Assembly: GCA_030605785.1 (NCBI GenBank) | Contig: JAUWHS010000099.1 | Coordinates: 1 to 34,499 of the forward strand | DNA from: a bacterium | Lineage (GTDB): Bacteria; Babelota; Babeliae; Babelales; JAUWHS01 | Reading direction: 5' to 3' | DNA: 34,499 bases | Shown: piece by piece, positions 7,816 through 17,072 of the stretch | Layout of the letters: each line of letters begins with the position of its first letter | Position numbering within the stretch: position 1 is the first letter of the stretch | Position numbers and translations under genes: made by a program | The notes under the pieces: generated by a model | What the model saw: only the letters and a program-made list of their open reading frames with translations | What the model was told of the DNA's origin: nothing | Databases searched by the model: none

Positions 7816-9528
7816 TTAAGAAAAAAGTTTTTGATAATTTTTTAGAAAATTCAAGGCGATTGTTTGTGCCGGACGTGAAGATCCGGCATTCTCCACCAAA
7901 ACAATTAAAGTTAATGGATCCTGATCTTTATATTTGAAATATGAAGCAAACCAGGCGTGTTCAAGCTGACTTTTTTTTACAATCTCTTTTTGTAAACTTG
8001 TTGTTTGCGCAGTACCTGTTTTCGCATGAATTTTAAAATCTACAAGCCTTCGGAGCAACTTCGCTGTTCCTTTTTTTACAGCCTTTCTCATTGATTCACG
8101 CAAAATATCTAACGTAGAATTGGCAATTAAAAGTTCTTCTATTTCAATATCTTCATCCTGTAAAATTCTTGGCTTTATTAAATAACCTGTACAAATACTA
8201 GAAATCATTCGAGCTATCTGCAAAGGCGTTACAAGTAAATAACCTTGCCCCAAACTTACAGCCAAAGTGTCTCCCTTCCACCAAGGCTCACCTTTTGTCG
8301 CAACCTTCCATTCATAAGTTGGAACCAATCCTGATTTCTCATTTAATAAAAAATTTGTTTTCCTTCCTAAACCAAAACAATATGCATAATAAGCAAACTG
8401 ATTAATTTTTAGTTTTTGCGCAATTTCATAACAAGGAATATTACAAGAATAAGCAAGTGATGTTTTTAAATCTAAATCTCCATGCCCCCATCTTCTTTGA
8501 CACATATACTTTCTTCCACCAAAAAAGGTAAAACCTTTGCAATGAAATTCTGTATCTTCATCAATCTCACCTTCTTCTAAACCGGCCGCAAAAGTTATTA
8601 ACTTAAAAACAGACGCCGGAGGATAAAGAGCGTTTGTTGTTCTATCTAAAAGAGGACTATTATACATAAACTTTTCGTTCCAATCATCGTTAGAAATAGG
8701 ATCTAAAAATAAATTTGGATCAAAATTAGGATAGGATAGCATCACTTTTATTGCGCCATACTGCGGATCCATAACAATTAACACACCTGACTGATCATTC
8801 TCAAATAAATTTTCCGCGATTTTTTGCAATCTAAAATCCAAGGTTAATTTAATATCACAACCCTGCTTCGCGTTTCTAAATTCTTTTTGTTCTAATTTTT
8901 TTCCGGTAGAATTGGTTACATATTTTATATAACCGGACTCCCCTTTTAATTTATCCTGAAACATTTTTTCAAGACCTGTTCGCCCCTGTGTTATAAATTT
9001 TTCAGATCTTGACAGGTAACCTAATAAATGACTTGCTATTTTTCCATGCGGATAAAAACGCTTAAAACGATTTACAATAACCAAATTATATGAATCATTG
9101 CACTGTTCACTAATACAACAAAGTTCATTAAAGGTTATATTTTCTTTTAATAAAATTCGACGAGAATATTTTTCTGAAAATCTGATTTCATTAAATTTTG
9201 AATTTAAAGCAATATCATCTTGTAAAATTTCATCTATTTTTTGTAAAATGTTTTTTTGTTTTTCATCTAAACTTTTAAAACCACCCCCCTGCCAATATAA
9301 ATCATAGACAGGTTTATTTGACGCTAACAAAACATTATTACAATCTAAAAAGTTACCTCGAACGGAAGGTAAAGTTTCACGACGTAAAAAATTTTTTTCT
9401 CCTAAATTTGAAAATTTATCTTTCTGATCTATCTGGAGGTAAAAAAGACGTAAAATTACAACAAAAACAAAAAGAATGAAACCGTATAAGATCTGTTTTA
9501 TTTTTAGATTACGCTGTTGTTGAATCAA
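7816..9528 (-). CDS. mrdA: Penicillin-binding protein 2 (class B transpeptidase)
   Basis: N-terminal TM helix followed by RLFYLQI and RGNFLD; SxxK (ASVFK), SxN (YSCN) and KTG (AKTGTA) motifs. The start is placed at TTG 9528 because AAGGA lies just upstream; the ORF track starts at TTG 9549. Confidence 0.88.
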   Translation of the reverse strand: MIQQQRNLKIKQILYGFILFVFVVILRLFYLQIDQKDKFSNLGEKNFLRRETLPSVRGNFLDCNNVLLASNKPVYDLYWQGGGFKSLDEKQKNILQKIDEILQDDIALNSKFNEIRFSEKYSRRILLKENITFNELCCISEQCNDSYNLVIVNRFKRFYPHGKIASHLLGYLSRSEKFITQGRTGLEKMFQDKLKGESGYIKYVTNSTGKKLEQKEFRNAKQGCDIKLTLDFRLQKIAENLFENDQSGVLIVMDPQYGAIKVMLSYPNFDPNLFLDPISNDDWNEKFMYNSPLLDRTTNALYPPASVFKLITFAAGLEEGEIDEDTEFHCKGFTFFGGRKYMCQRRWGHGDLDLKTSLAYSCNIPCYEIAQKLKINQFAYYAYCFGLGRKTNFLLNEKSGLVPTYEWKVATKGEPWWKGDTLAVSLGQGYLLVTPLQIARMISSICTGYLIKPRILQDEDIEIEELLIANSTLDILRESMRKAVKKGTAKLLRRLVDFKIHAKTGTAQTTSLQKEIVKKSQLEHAWFASYFKYKDQDPLTLIVLVENAGSSRPAQTIALNFLKNYQKLFS

Positions 9529-9529
9529 G

Positions 9530-10489
9530 TTATTTTTCCTTGCTACCAATAATTAAATTATCCATAATTAAATTATCCATTTTATTTAATGGATGTTTTT
9601 CATCACACATTTTAGCAAGTTCAGCTGAGGTTACTCTTGTATAAATTTCGGTCGTTCCAAGATTTTTGTGACCTAAAAGTTCTTGAATAACTCTTAAATC
9701 AACACCCTGATTTAAAAGATGTGTAGCAAAAGAATGACGAACTTTATGAGGAGTTAAGTTTTTATCAATTTTTAAAAACTTTCTAAACATTTCAAAAATT
9801 CGTTGAACCGAACGAGGAGTAAGTTGTGATCCTGAATTGTTCAAAAAAAGATATTCATTTTGCTGCTTTTTCAATAATAAAAAACGTTCTTTTTCAATAT
9901 ATTTTTTTAAAACTTTTTTTGCTTTTTCACCAAAAAGAACAATCCTCTCCTTTGAGCCTTTTCCAAGAACCTTGACCGCTTTATTTGTAAAATCAATATC
10001 ATTTAATTTTATACTTACCAATTCAGCGCAACGCGCTCCGGTCGCATAAATTAATTCAAAAATCGCTTTATCGCGAAACGGATATTTTGTTGGCAAGTCA
10101 TCATTTTTAACAGAATCCAATAAATAAAAAATTTCATCTACCGTCAGAACTGTTGGTAACTTTCGATCAAGCTTTGGCGATTTAAAGCTTACATTAATTT
10201 TTACACCATTTGATCTGAGAAAAACCTGAAATGAGCGAAAGCAAGAAAGCTTTCTTGCTAGAGATGCTTTTGATATTTTTTTATAAAACATAAAAACAAT
10301 ATAACGATGAAGAATTTTTTCTATAGAACCTTTTAAATCTTTTTCCTTGGCTGCTATTCTTTGCCAAAAAGCAATAAATTGTTCTAAGTCAACTTTGTAA
10401 GCCCGCAAAGTATTTGGCGCGCTATTTTTTTCTACTTCTAAAAAAATTAAAAACTCACTAATTTTTTGTTTTAAAAAATCTAAATTCAC
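9530..10489 (-). CDS. xerC: Tyrosine recombinase XerC/XerD
   Basis: N-terminal SAM-like domain (SAPNTLRAYKVDL); catalytic R (YATGARCAEL), K (GKGSKER), HxxR (PHKVRHSFATH), LGH and Y (TTEIYT). The choice of xerC over xerD is not certain. Confidence 0.85.
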   Translation of the reverse strand: MNLDFLKQKISEFLIFLEVEKNSAPNTLRAYKVDLEQFIAFWQRIAAKEKDLKGSIEKILHRYIVFMFYKKISKASLARKLSCFRSFQVFLRSNGVKINVSFKSPKLDRKLPTVLTVDEIFYLLDSVKNDDLPTKYPFRDKAIFELIYATGARCAELVSIKLNDIDFTNKAVKVLGKGSKERIVLFGEKAKKVLKKYIEKERFLLLKKQQNEYLFLNNSGSQLTPRSVQRIFEMFRKFLKIDKNLTPHKVRHSFATHLLNQGVDLRVIQELLGHKNLGTTEIYTRVTSAELAKMCDEKHPLNKMDNLIMDNLIIGSKEK

Positions 10490-10634
10490 CCTTATTCCCC
10501 TATATAAAAATTTTTAAATAACAATCATTTGAAATTAAAAAAATAAATTTTATCAGAATTTGTACCAACATAAAAATTTAGATACCTTAAAAATGATCTA
10601 AATAAATAATATTTTAAATTTCAAGGTAAAACAA

Positions 10635-11297
10635 ATGGCAGATAAAAACATAGTAAATAAAATTGTTTCCGTTTTACAGAAAAATACAAAAAATTTTATT
10701 CAACCCTTGGCGCAAACCATTATAAAGCAATATGGCAAAAAACCATTTTTAATTTTGGTTAGCGGAATATTAAGTCCAAGAGTCAAAGATTCAACTTCAT
10801 TACAAGTTTGTCATGAATTATTTAAAGTGGCGCAAACACCTAAACAAATTTCAGAAATACCTATAAGAAAATTAGAAAAATTAATTTATAAAATAGGTTT
10901 TTATAAAAATAAAGCAAAATCTTTAAACAAAGCAAGCAAGATGATAGTCGAAGAATTTAATGGAAAGGTTCCCAAAACACAAAAAGAATTACTTTCAATT
11001 CCCGGGGTTGGAATAAAAGTCGCAAATTTAGTTTTAGGAATAGCCTTTAAGAAACCTGAAATTTGCGTAGATGTTCATGTCCATCGAATTTCAAACAGAC
11101 TGGGATTAATCAAAACAAAAAACGTTATTCAAACTGAAAAAGCATTGCAAAAAATTTTACCTGAAAAAGATTGGATTGAATGGAACACTCTTTTAGTAAT
11201 GTGGGGACAAAACATTTGTACTCCGGTTAGTCCAAAATGTAGTATTTGTAAATTAAGTAAAATTTGTAAAAAAGTCGGTGTTAAAAAACATCGATAG
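10635..11297 (+). CDS. nth: Endonuclease III
   Basis: HhH motif IPGVGIKVAN, catalytic VDVHVHRI, and [4Fe-4S] motif CTPVSPKCSICKLSKIC. Confidence 0.93.
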   Translation: MADKNIVNKIVSVLQKNTKNFIQPLAQTIIKQYGKKPFLILVSGILSPRVKDSTSLQVCHELFKVAQTPKQISEIPIRKLEKLIYKIGFYKNKAKSLNKASKMIVEEFNGKVPKTQKELLSIPGVGIKVANLVLGIAFKKPEICVDVHVHRISNRLGLIKTKNVIQTEKALQKILPEKDWIEWNTLLVMWGQNICTPVSPKCSICKLSKICKKVGVKKHR

Positions 11298-11364
11298 AAA
11301 GACTTGTGCAAAAAAAAGGAGTATCATTAGATATTATTTAAATACCTCAAAACAAGAGTGAATA

Positions 11365-11655
11365 ATGGTCAAAAAAGAATACAAAGAGAAACTATTAAAA
11401 TTGATAATCGAACATTTTCCATCTGCTAAAATTTACTTATTTGGTTCAAGAGCCACAGGGGAGCATAGCAGGTCGTCTGATATAGATGTGGCAATTGACG
11501 ATAAAAAAAAAGCTGATCAATATAAAATGGCATCAATAAGACTATCAATCGATGACCTCAACATTCCACTTGATGTAGACATAGTTGATTTTCATTCCAT
11601 TCCGGAACAAATGAAAAAAAGAATAGAGAAGGAAAAAATAATATGGAAAAAATAA
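11365..11655 (+). CDS. Minimal nucleotidyltransferase (MNT/MntA-type antitoxin)
   Basis: 96 aa; IYLFGSRATGEHSRSSDIDV fits GS-x10-DxD; third Asp in VDIVD; overlaps the downstream HEPN gene by 13 bp. Confidence 0.9.
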   Translation: MVKKEYKEKLLKLIIEHFPSAKIYLFGSRATGEHSRSSDIDVAIDDKKKADQYKMASIRLSIDDLNIPLDVDIVDFHSIPEQMKKRIEKEKIIWKK

Positions 11656-12077
11656 TGGAAAGATACAAAACAGCTCAGAAAACTCTAAAATTTTTAAAAA
11701 AAGCAATCGATGATTATGAAAACCTACAACATCAAGAATACATCGAACATCTTAGAAATTCTAAAATACAAAGCTTTGAATTTTGTGTAGAAACTATGTG
11801 GAAATTTTTGAAGCTTTATTTTAGAAAAGCATATGGAGTAGAGCTTGATCCGGGAGCAAAGCCAATTTTTCGTTATTGCTTCAAGGTTAACCTCGTAACA
11901 GAAGAAGAAGCAAAACATCTTTTAAAAATGGTTGATGACAGAAACTTATCTTCACATACGTATCACGAAGAATTCGCTGAAGAAATGAACGAGAGAATAG
12001 AAAACCATTACAATTTAATGGAAAAAATAATAAATCAAATTGGTAAAAAATTAAATACTGAAAATCAAAAATATTAA
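11643..12077 (+). CDS. HEPN toxin (HI0074-like/HepT) RNase
   Basis: RNSKIQSFEFCVE family motif; Rx4HxY motif RNLSSHTY. Confidence 0.88.
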   Translation: MEKIMERYKTAQKTLKFLKKAIDDYENLQHQEYIEHLRNSKIQSFEFCVETMWKFLKLYFRKAYGVELDPGAKPIFRYCFKVNLVTEEEAKHLLKMVDDRNLSSHTYHEEFAEEMNERIENHYNLMEKIINQIGKKLNTENQKY

Positions 12078-12079
12078 AT

Positions 12080-13807
12080 TTAATACTTACTTAACTCAAC
12101 TGCTTTTTGAATTAAATCATCAACTTTAAGACCAAACTCTTGTTTTCCATCAGGATGACGCAAAGTTACAGTTTGATTTTCTTGCTCTTTTTTACCAACA
12201 ATCAACATCCAGGGAAGTTTGTCCTCTTGCGCTTTTCTAATTTGACCGGAAATTTGATCTCCGGATTCATCAAGTTCAATTCGAATATTTTTTTCTTTAA
12301 ATTTATTTAAAATTTCTTTTGCGTATTCTTTTTGTTCATCTGTAATTGTCAAAATTCTAGCTTGAACCGGAGCAAACCAAAATGGAAAACGCCCTTTGTA
12401 ATGTTCAGTTAAAATTCCAATAAAACGTTCTAACGATCCATAAATTGCTCGATGAATCATAACAGGAGTTTTTTTAGATTGATCAGAATCGATATATTTC
12501 ATTTCAAAATTTTGAGGCAAGAAAAAATCCACTTGAACGGTTCCACATTGCCATTCACGTCCCATCGCGTCTTCAATATTCATATCAATTTTGGGTCCGT
12601 AAAATGCGCCTTCACCCTTTTGCAATTTATAATCTATTCCTCTTGCTTCAAGAGCATTTTTTAGCGCTTGAGTTGCTTTTTCCCAAAGTTCGTCACTGCC
12701 CATTGCATTTTCAGGTTTTGTTGAAAGGCTCATTGAAACTTTTTTAAAACCAAATTTATTATAAATATTTTGTGATAAATCTAAAATCTTTATAACTTCT
12801 TTTTCTATTTGGTCAGGCATACAATAAACGTGCGCGTCATCTTGAGTAAACGCGCGAACACGAAATAAACCGTGCAACACGCCGGAAAGTTCATGTCTAT
12901 GAACTAGACCAAATTCAGAAACACGCAATGGAAACTCACGATAGGAACGAGGTTTTTCCTTATAAAGTAAAATTCCACCGGGACAATTCATCGGTTTTAT
13001 ACAATAAGGCTGTCCTTCAACAACGGTGAAATACATATTTTCTTTGTAATGATCATAATGCCCGGAAGTTTTCCACAAAGATTCTTTCATAATTAATGGT
13101 GTTTTAATTTCTTGATAATCTTCTTTTTGTTGCTCACGCATATAATCAACAAGTTTATTAAAAATAATAAGACCTTTATTATGGAAAAAAGGAAAACCGG
13201 CAGCTACATCATTAAATGAAAAAAGATCTAATTGTTTACCTAGCCTGCGATGATCATATTTTTTGGCCTCTTCAACCATTTTAAAATAATCATCCATATC
13301 TTTCTTCGTTTCAAACGCGACACCCGAAATTCGTTGTAAAGGCATACCATCTTTATCCGCGCGCCAATAAGAACCGGAAAGATTTGTTAATTTAAAGAAT
13401 TTTATTTGATCCGTAGAACTTACGTGCCCACCCTTACAAAGATCAAAAAAATTACCCTGGCTATAAACTGTAATTTTTTCGCCTTCCGGTAATTTTTTAA
13501 TTAATTCTTCTTTGAATAGATTTCCCTTAAAAATCTTTAAAGCTTCTTGCTTGCTAACTTCTTTTCCCGCAATTGGGAAGTTTTGATTCGCGAGTTCATG
13601 CATTTTGGATTCAATTTTAGATAGATCTTCTTCTTTGAAATTTTGTTTTGGCAAAAAATCATAAAAAAATCCATATTCCGTAACCGGCCCAATGGTTAAC
13701 TTTGTGCCAGGAAACAATTCTAAAACAGCTTGAGCCAATAAATGCGCAGCCGAATGCCTTAGATTTTGTAATTTTTCATTACCTTCGGATTTAAGATTTT
13801 TTTCCAT
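12080..13807 (-). CDS. thrS: Threonyl-tRNA synthetase (lacks the N1/TGS domain)
   Basis: RHSAAH and DLCKGGH editing domain; DHRRLG, KPMNCP, LFRVRAFTQDDAH, GAFYGPKID and IHRAIYGSLERF motifs. Confidence 0.97.
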   Translation of the reverse strand: MEKNLKSEGNEKLQNLRHSAAHLLAQAVLELFPGTKLTIGPVTEYGFFYDFLPKQNFKEEDLSKIESKMHELANQNFPIAGKEVSKQEALKIFKGNLFKEELIKKLPEGEKITVYSQGNFFDLCKGGHVSSTDQIKFFKLTNLSGSYWRADKDGMPLQRISGVAFETKKDMDDYFKMVEEAKKYDHRRLGKQLDLFSFNDVAAGFPFFHNKGLIIFNKLVDYMREQQKEDYQEIKTPLIMKESLWKTSGHYDHYKENMYFTVVEGQPYCIKPMNCPGGILLYKEKPRSYREFPLRVSEFGLVHRHELSGVLHGLFRVRAFTQDDAHVYCMPDQIEKEVIKILDLSQNIYNKFGFKKVSMSLSTKPENAMGSDELWEKATQALKNALEARGIDYKLQKGEGAFYGPKIDMNIEDAMGREWQCGTVQVDFFLPQNFEMKYIDSDQSKKTPVMIHRAIYGSLERFIGILTEHYKGRFPFWFAPVQARILTITDEQKEYAKEILNKFKEKNIRIELDESGDQISGQIRKAQEDKLPWMLIVGKKEQENQTVTLRHPDGKQEFGLKVDDLIQKAVELSKY

Positions 13808-14070
13808 GATTTTGCCTTTTCAAACAATTTTAAAACTCAGGGATGTGAATTTTCAAAACTAGGAATTATTCAACTAGAACACAATAATACAACTAAAAGA
13901 GTAAATTGGAAAGGGGCAAAAGCCACACTCCATTTCTATCAACAAAATTAAAAATCATTATTAAAGTGATTCATTGAATACCTAAAAACAAAATTGCTAT
14001 TCTTTTGTTGGGGCAGGAAAGCAATAAAGCTTTATCAAAAAATACTAACCTTTAAACGGGGGAGACAAAC

Positions 14071-15504
14071 ATGGACAATCAAAACAAGGAAAATCAACAA
14101 ACTTCCCAAAAACAACCACGTCTTGACCGAATCTTTGTTCTAGACACAAATGTTCTTTTGCATGATGTCAATTCACTTTTTGCATTCAGAGGTGTAACGG
14201 TTGGGATACCATTTGTTGTTTTAGAGGAACTGGATACATTCAAAAGTGATTCCGGTGAAAAAGGGAAAATAGCCAGACATATCATAAGAAATTTAGACAA
14301 TCTCAGATCACAAGGCTCACTGGAAAAAGGAGTCGAACTCAATCATAAAACAGGATCCATATTAAAGATCTTCGCGACACCACATGATTTAAAAGCAGAA
14401 ACTCTACCTCATGAAAAAGTGGACAATATTATTCTGCAAACAGTCCAAAAATTATCAAAAGAAGGAAACAAGGTTACATTCGTTACAAAAGATATAAACG
14501 CAAGAGTTAAAGCTGACGCATTGGGACTAGATGCCGAAGATTACGCAAAAGAAAAAGTTCCGACAGAAGAAGAATTCTATACGGGCTGGATTGAGATAGC
14601 AATACCCGCAAATGAATTAAGATTAGTAAGCGCATCTAAAGTTGCAAACATTGTTCCTAAAGACCAAAAATTACTACTAAATAATTTTGTAATCTTGCAA
14701 AGTAAAAATAATCCTGAAAATTATAGATTATTCAGATTCTTAGGGGGCGCAAACTTTAAAGAAGTAGAAAATTTCAAACTCATGCAATATTTTGAAGCCA
14801 AAAACGTTCAACAATTAATGGCCATAGATTTATTAATGGATCCGGATATTCAAATAGTAACGTTGCTCGGTCAAGCAGGAACCGGAAAAACATTTTTAAC
14901 TCTTTTAGCCGGATTACAACAAATTCTATATGGAAAAGAATATCAAAAATTTTTAATAACAAGACCCATTATCGCGCTTGGCGCAGATATCGGATATTTA
15001 CCGGGAGGGGTTCAGGAAAAATTATTTTATTGGATGCAACCGGTTTACGATAATCTTGATTTAATTTTCAGCAGAAAACACAAACATGATGAACATGGCG
15101 AGCATGGTGAAGAACAAAACCAGGATAAGAAAAAAAAGAAACATAAAAATGGAACACCGAAAAAGAAATTTAGTATTGATCAACTTATAAAAAGGGACCT
15201 TTTAAGCCTTGAAGCAATAACATATATGCGCGGTCGCTCAATCCCTGATCAATTTGTTTTTATTGATGAAGTTCAAAATCTTTCTCCGCATGAAGTTAAA
15301 ACAATTGTTAGTAGAGCAGGTGAAGGAACAAAAGTTGTTCTCGCCGGTGATCCGTACCAAATTGATTCACCTTATCTTGATTTTAGTAGTAATGGATTAA
15401 CACTTTCTACAGATAAATTAAAAGGACAAGCTATTTTTGGAACAGTGTTTCTGCAAACTAGTGAAAGAAGTCCGCTAGCTAAACTTGCTGCTGAAGTTTT
15501 ATAA
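14071..15504 (+). CDS. PIN-PhoH (PhoH2/YlaK-type) RNase-ATPase
   Basis: N-terminal PIN domain VLDTNVLLHD...VLEELD...TKDINARVKA; Walker A GQAGTGKT; GYLPG, YMRGRS, IDEVQN and GDPYQID motifs; GGGGGAG RBS. Confidence 0.92.
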   Translation: MDNQNKENQQTSQKQPRLDRIFVLDTNVLLHDVNSLFAFRGVTVGIPFVVLEELDTFKSDSGEKGKIARHIIRNLDNLRSQGSLEKGVELNHKTGSILKIFATPHDLKAETLPHEKVDNIILQTVQKLSKEGNKVTFVTKDINARVKADALGLDAEDYAKEKVPTEEEFYTGWIEIAIPANELRLVSASKVANIVPKDQKLLLNNFVILQSKNNPENYRLFRFLGGANFKEVENFKLMQYFEAKNVQQLMAIDLLMDPDIQIVTLLGQAGTGKTFLTLLAGLQQILYGKEYQKFLITRPIIALGADIGYLPGGVQEKLFYWMQPVYDNLDLIFSRKHKHDEHGEHGEEQNQDKKKKKHKNGTPKKKFSIDQLIKRDLLSLEAITYMRGRSIPDQFVFIDEVQNLSPHEVKTIVSRAGEGTKVVLAGDPYQIDSPYLDFSSNGLTLSTDKLKGQAIFGTVFLQTSERSPLAKLAAEVL

Positions 15505-15525
15505 AATAACTAAATTAATGAAGAT

Positions 15526-15549
15526 AAGAGGCGTAAATCTGCGCCTCTT
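15526..15549. terminator. Bidirectional intrinsic terminator between PhoH and cmk
   Basis: AAGAGGCGTA-aatc-TGCGCCTCTT followed by a T run, between convergent genes. Confidence 0.75.
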
Positions 15550-15550
15550 T

Positions 15551-16213
15551 TTATTTTTGAATTTGTCTTAAAAAATCCTGTACCGTTTCTTCAAACGTTA
15601 AATTTGAATTATCTATAATAAAAGCATTATCCGGAACAACCAAAGGTGACACATCGCGAGTTTTATCTCGCTCATCTCGCTTTTCAATCTCTTTTTTTAT
15701 TTTTTCTAAATCCTTATCTTCAATATTTCGTTTTTCATCAAACGCAACTCGTTTTGCGCGAACATCAACCCTTGCAGTCAGGAAAAATTTATAATCAGCA
15801 TTCGGAAAAACAACCGAGCCACAATCACGCCCTTCAGCAACAATGTCATATTTTTCTGATATTATTTTCTGAATTGGCAACAAAGACTCACGAACTTGTT
15901 TATTGGCGCTAAAAATTGAAGAAGGTTTATCTAAATTTGAATCAAATAAATCATCTGTTAATGCTTGGCCATCAAAATAAATAGCCGGTTCATTATCAAT
16001 AAATTCATACGAAATCTTATCCAATAAAGAAAAATCGCTTTCACTTAAAACACCGATATTTTCCGGATCTTTATTTAATTTATTAATTAAAACATACGCC
16101 GCCGCGCGATACAAAAAACCGGTATTTAAATAATGAATTTTTAATCGTTTCGCGATCTCTTTCGCGACTGAACTCTTTCCGCTTCCAACAGGACCATCAA
16201 TTGTAATAATCAT
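15551..16213 (-). CDS. cmk: Cytidylate kinase
   Basis: ITIDGPVGSGKSS, LNTGFLYRA, VAEGRDCGSVVFPNA and RDERDKTRDVSPL motifs. Confidence 0.95.
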   Translation of the reverse strand: MIITIDGPVGSGKSSVAKEIAKRLKIHYLNTGFLYRAAAYVLINKLNKDPENIGVLSESDFSLLDKISYEFIDNEPAIYFDGQALTDDLFDSNLDKPSSIFSANKQVRESLLPIQKIISEKYDIVAEGRDCGSVVFPNADYKFFLTARVDVRAKRVAFDEKRNIEDKDLEKIKKEIEKRDERDKTRDVSPLVVPDNAFIIDNSNLTFEETVQDFLRQIQK

Positions 16214-16323
16214 TAAAACTTCCCTTTTTATACTTACACAGAACCCTGGATGATATAATTTGGGTTTTGTGATAAATTAAACAAGTAAAAAATATTATAT
16301 CATCTAAAAAAAATTGAATAACT

Positions 16324-16629
16324 ATGGAAAATACAAAAACAACAAATATAGAATACAAAAACTTTTTAATAAAAGTAATTCACAGAAACATACCTAACTG
16401 TAAAATCTATCTGTTTGGATCTAGAGCAAGGAGAACTCATAGACCTGGCGCTGATATAGATATTGCTCTAGATGCAGGAGAAAAAATAAATTTTAGAAAG
16501 TTATTTGACATTCAAGATGAAATAGAAGAATCAAGTCTTCCATTATTTGTAGATTTAGTAGATTTACATTCAGCTTCAAGTGAATTAAAAAATGAAGTGA
16601 AAAACGAAGGAATTTTATGGAAAAGCTAA
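16324..16629 (+). CDS. Minimal nucleotidyltransferase (MNT antitoxin), second copy
   Basis: IYLFGSRARRTHRPGADIDI and VDLVD; 13-bp overlap with the HEPN gene. Confidence 0.9.
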   Translation: MENTKTTNIEYKNFLIKVIHRNIPNCKIYLFGSRARRTHRPGADIDIALDAGEKINFRKLFDIQDEIEESSLPLFVDLVDLHSASSELKNEVKNEGILWKS

Positions 16630-17072
16630 AACTTTCTAACAACACACTCCTAAAAGCCCTAAAAACATTCAACGAAGCAGTTCAGTCATTTGAAGACATT
16701 GAAAAAATAGGAGGCTGGAATGACAAAAATAGGTTAGAATTTTCCAATTATGAAAAAATCAGAGATCAACTAAGAGATTCAACAATACAACGATTTGAAT
16801 TTTGCGTAGATCTTTTTTGGAAATACATAAAAAAGTATTTGGAATTCTCATTAAAAAAACCGTCCGAAATGAACACTCCTCGTCACGTCGTTCTTTCTGC
16901 ATGCAAAGCAGAATTGATTTCAGAATTAGATGCTTCTAAAATAATCAACATGATCAAAGATAGAAATCAAACATCACATATTTACAAAGAAGAATTAGCA
17001 GAAGATCTAATTGTAAAGATTCCGGGGTATTATAAGTTAATGTATAAATATGTTGCGATACTCAAGCCATAA
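16617..17072 (+). CDS. HEPN toxin (HI0074-like/HepT), second copy
   Basis: LRDSTIQRFEFCVD motif; Rx4HxY motif RNQTSHIY. Confidence 0.88.
   Translation: MEKLKLSNNTLLKALKTFNEAVQSFEDIEKIGGWNDKNRLEFSNYEKIRDQLRDSTIQRFEFCVDLFWKYIKKYLEFSLKKPSEMNTPRHVVLSACKAELISELDASKIINMIKDRNQTSHIYKEELAEDLIVKIPGYYKLMYKYVAILKP

Noticed and set aside
1572-10489. xerC as a shufflon or integron recombinase acting on the WD40 array
   Set aside because: The protein looks like a housekeeping Xer coupled to mrdA, with no IntI-type insertion. The paralogs are full-length, co-oriented genes with no inverted sites or attC-like hairpins in the short spacers.
13808-14070. T-box or tRNA-mimic operator upstream of thrS
   Set aside because: No T-box consensus or convincing hairpin could be identified by eye.
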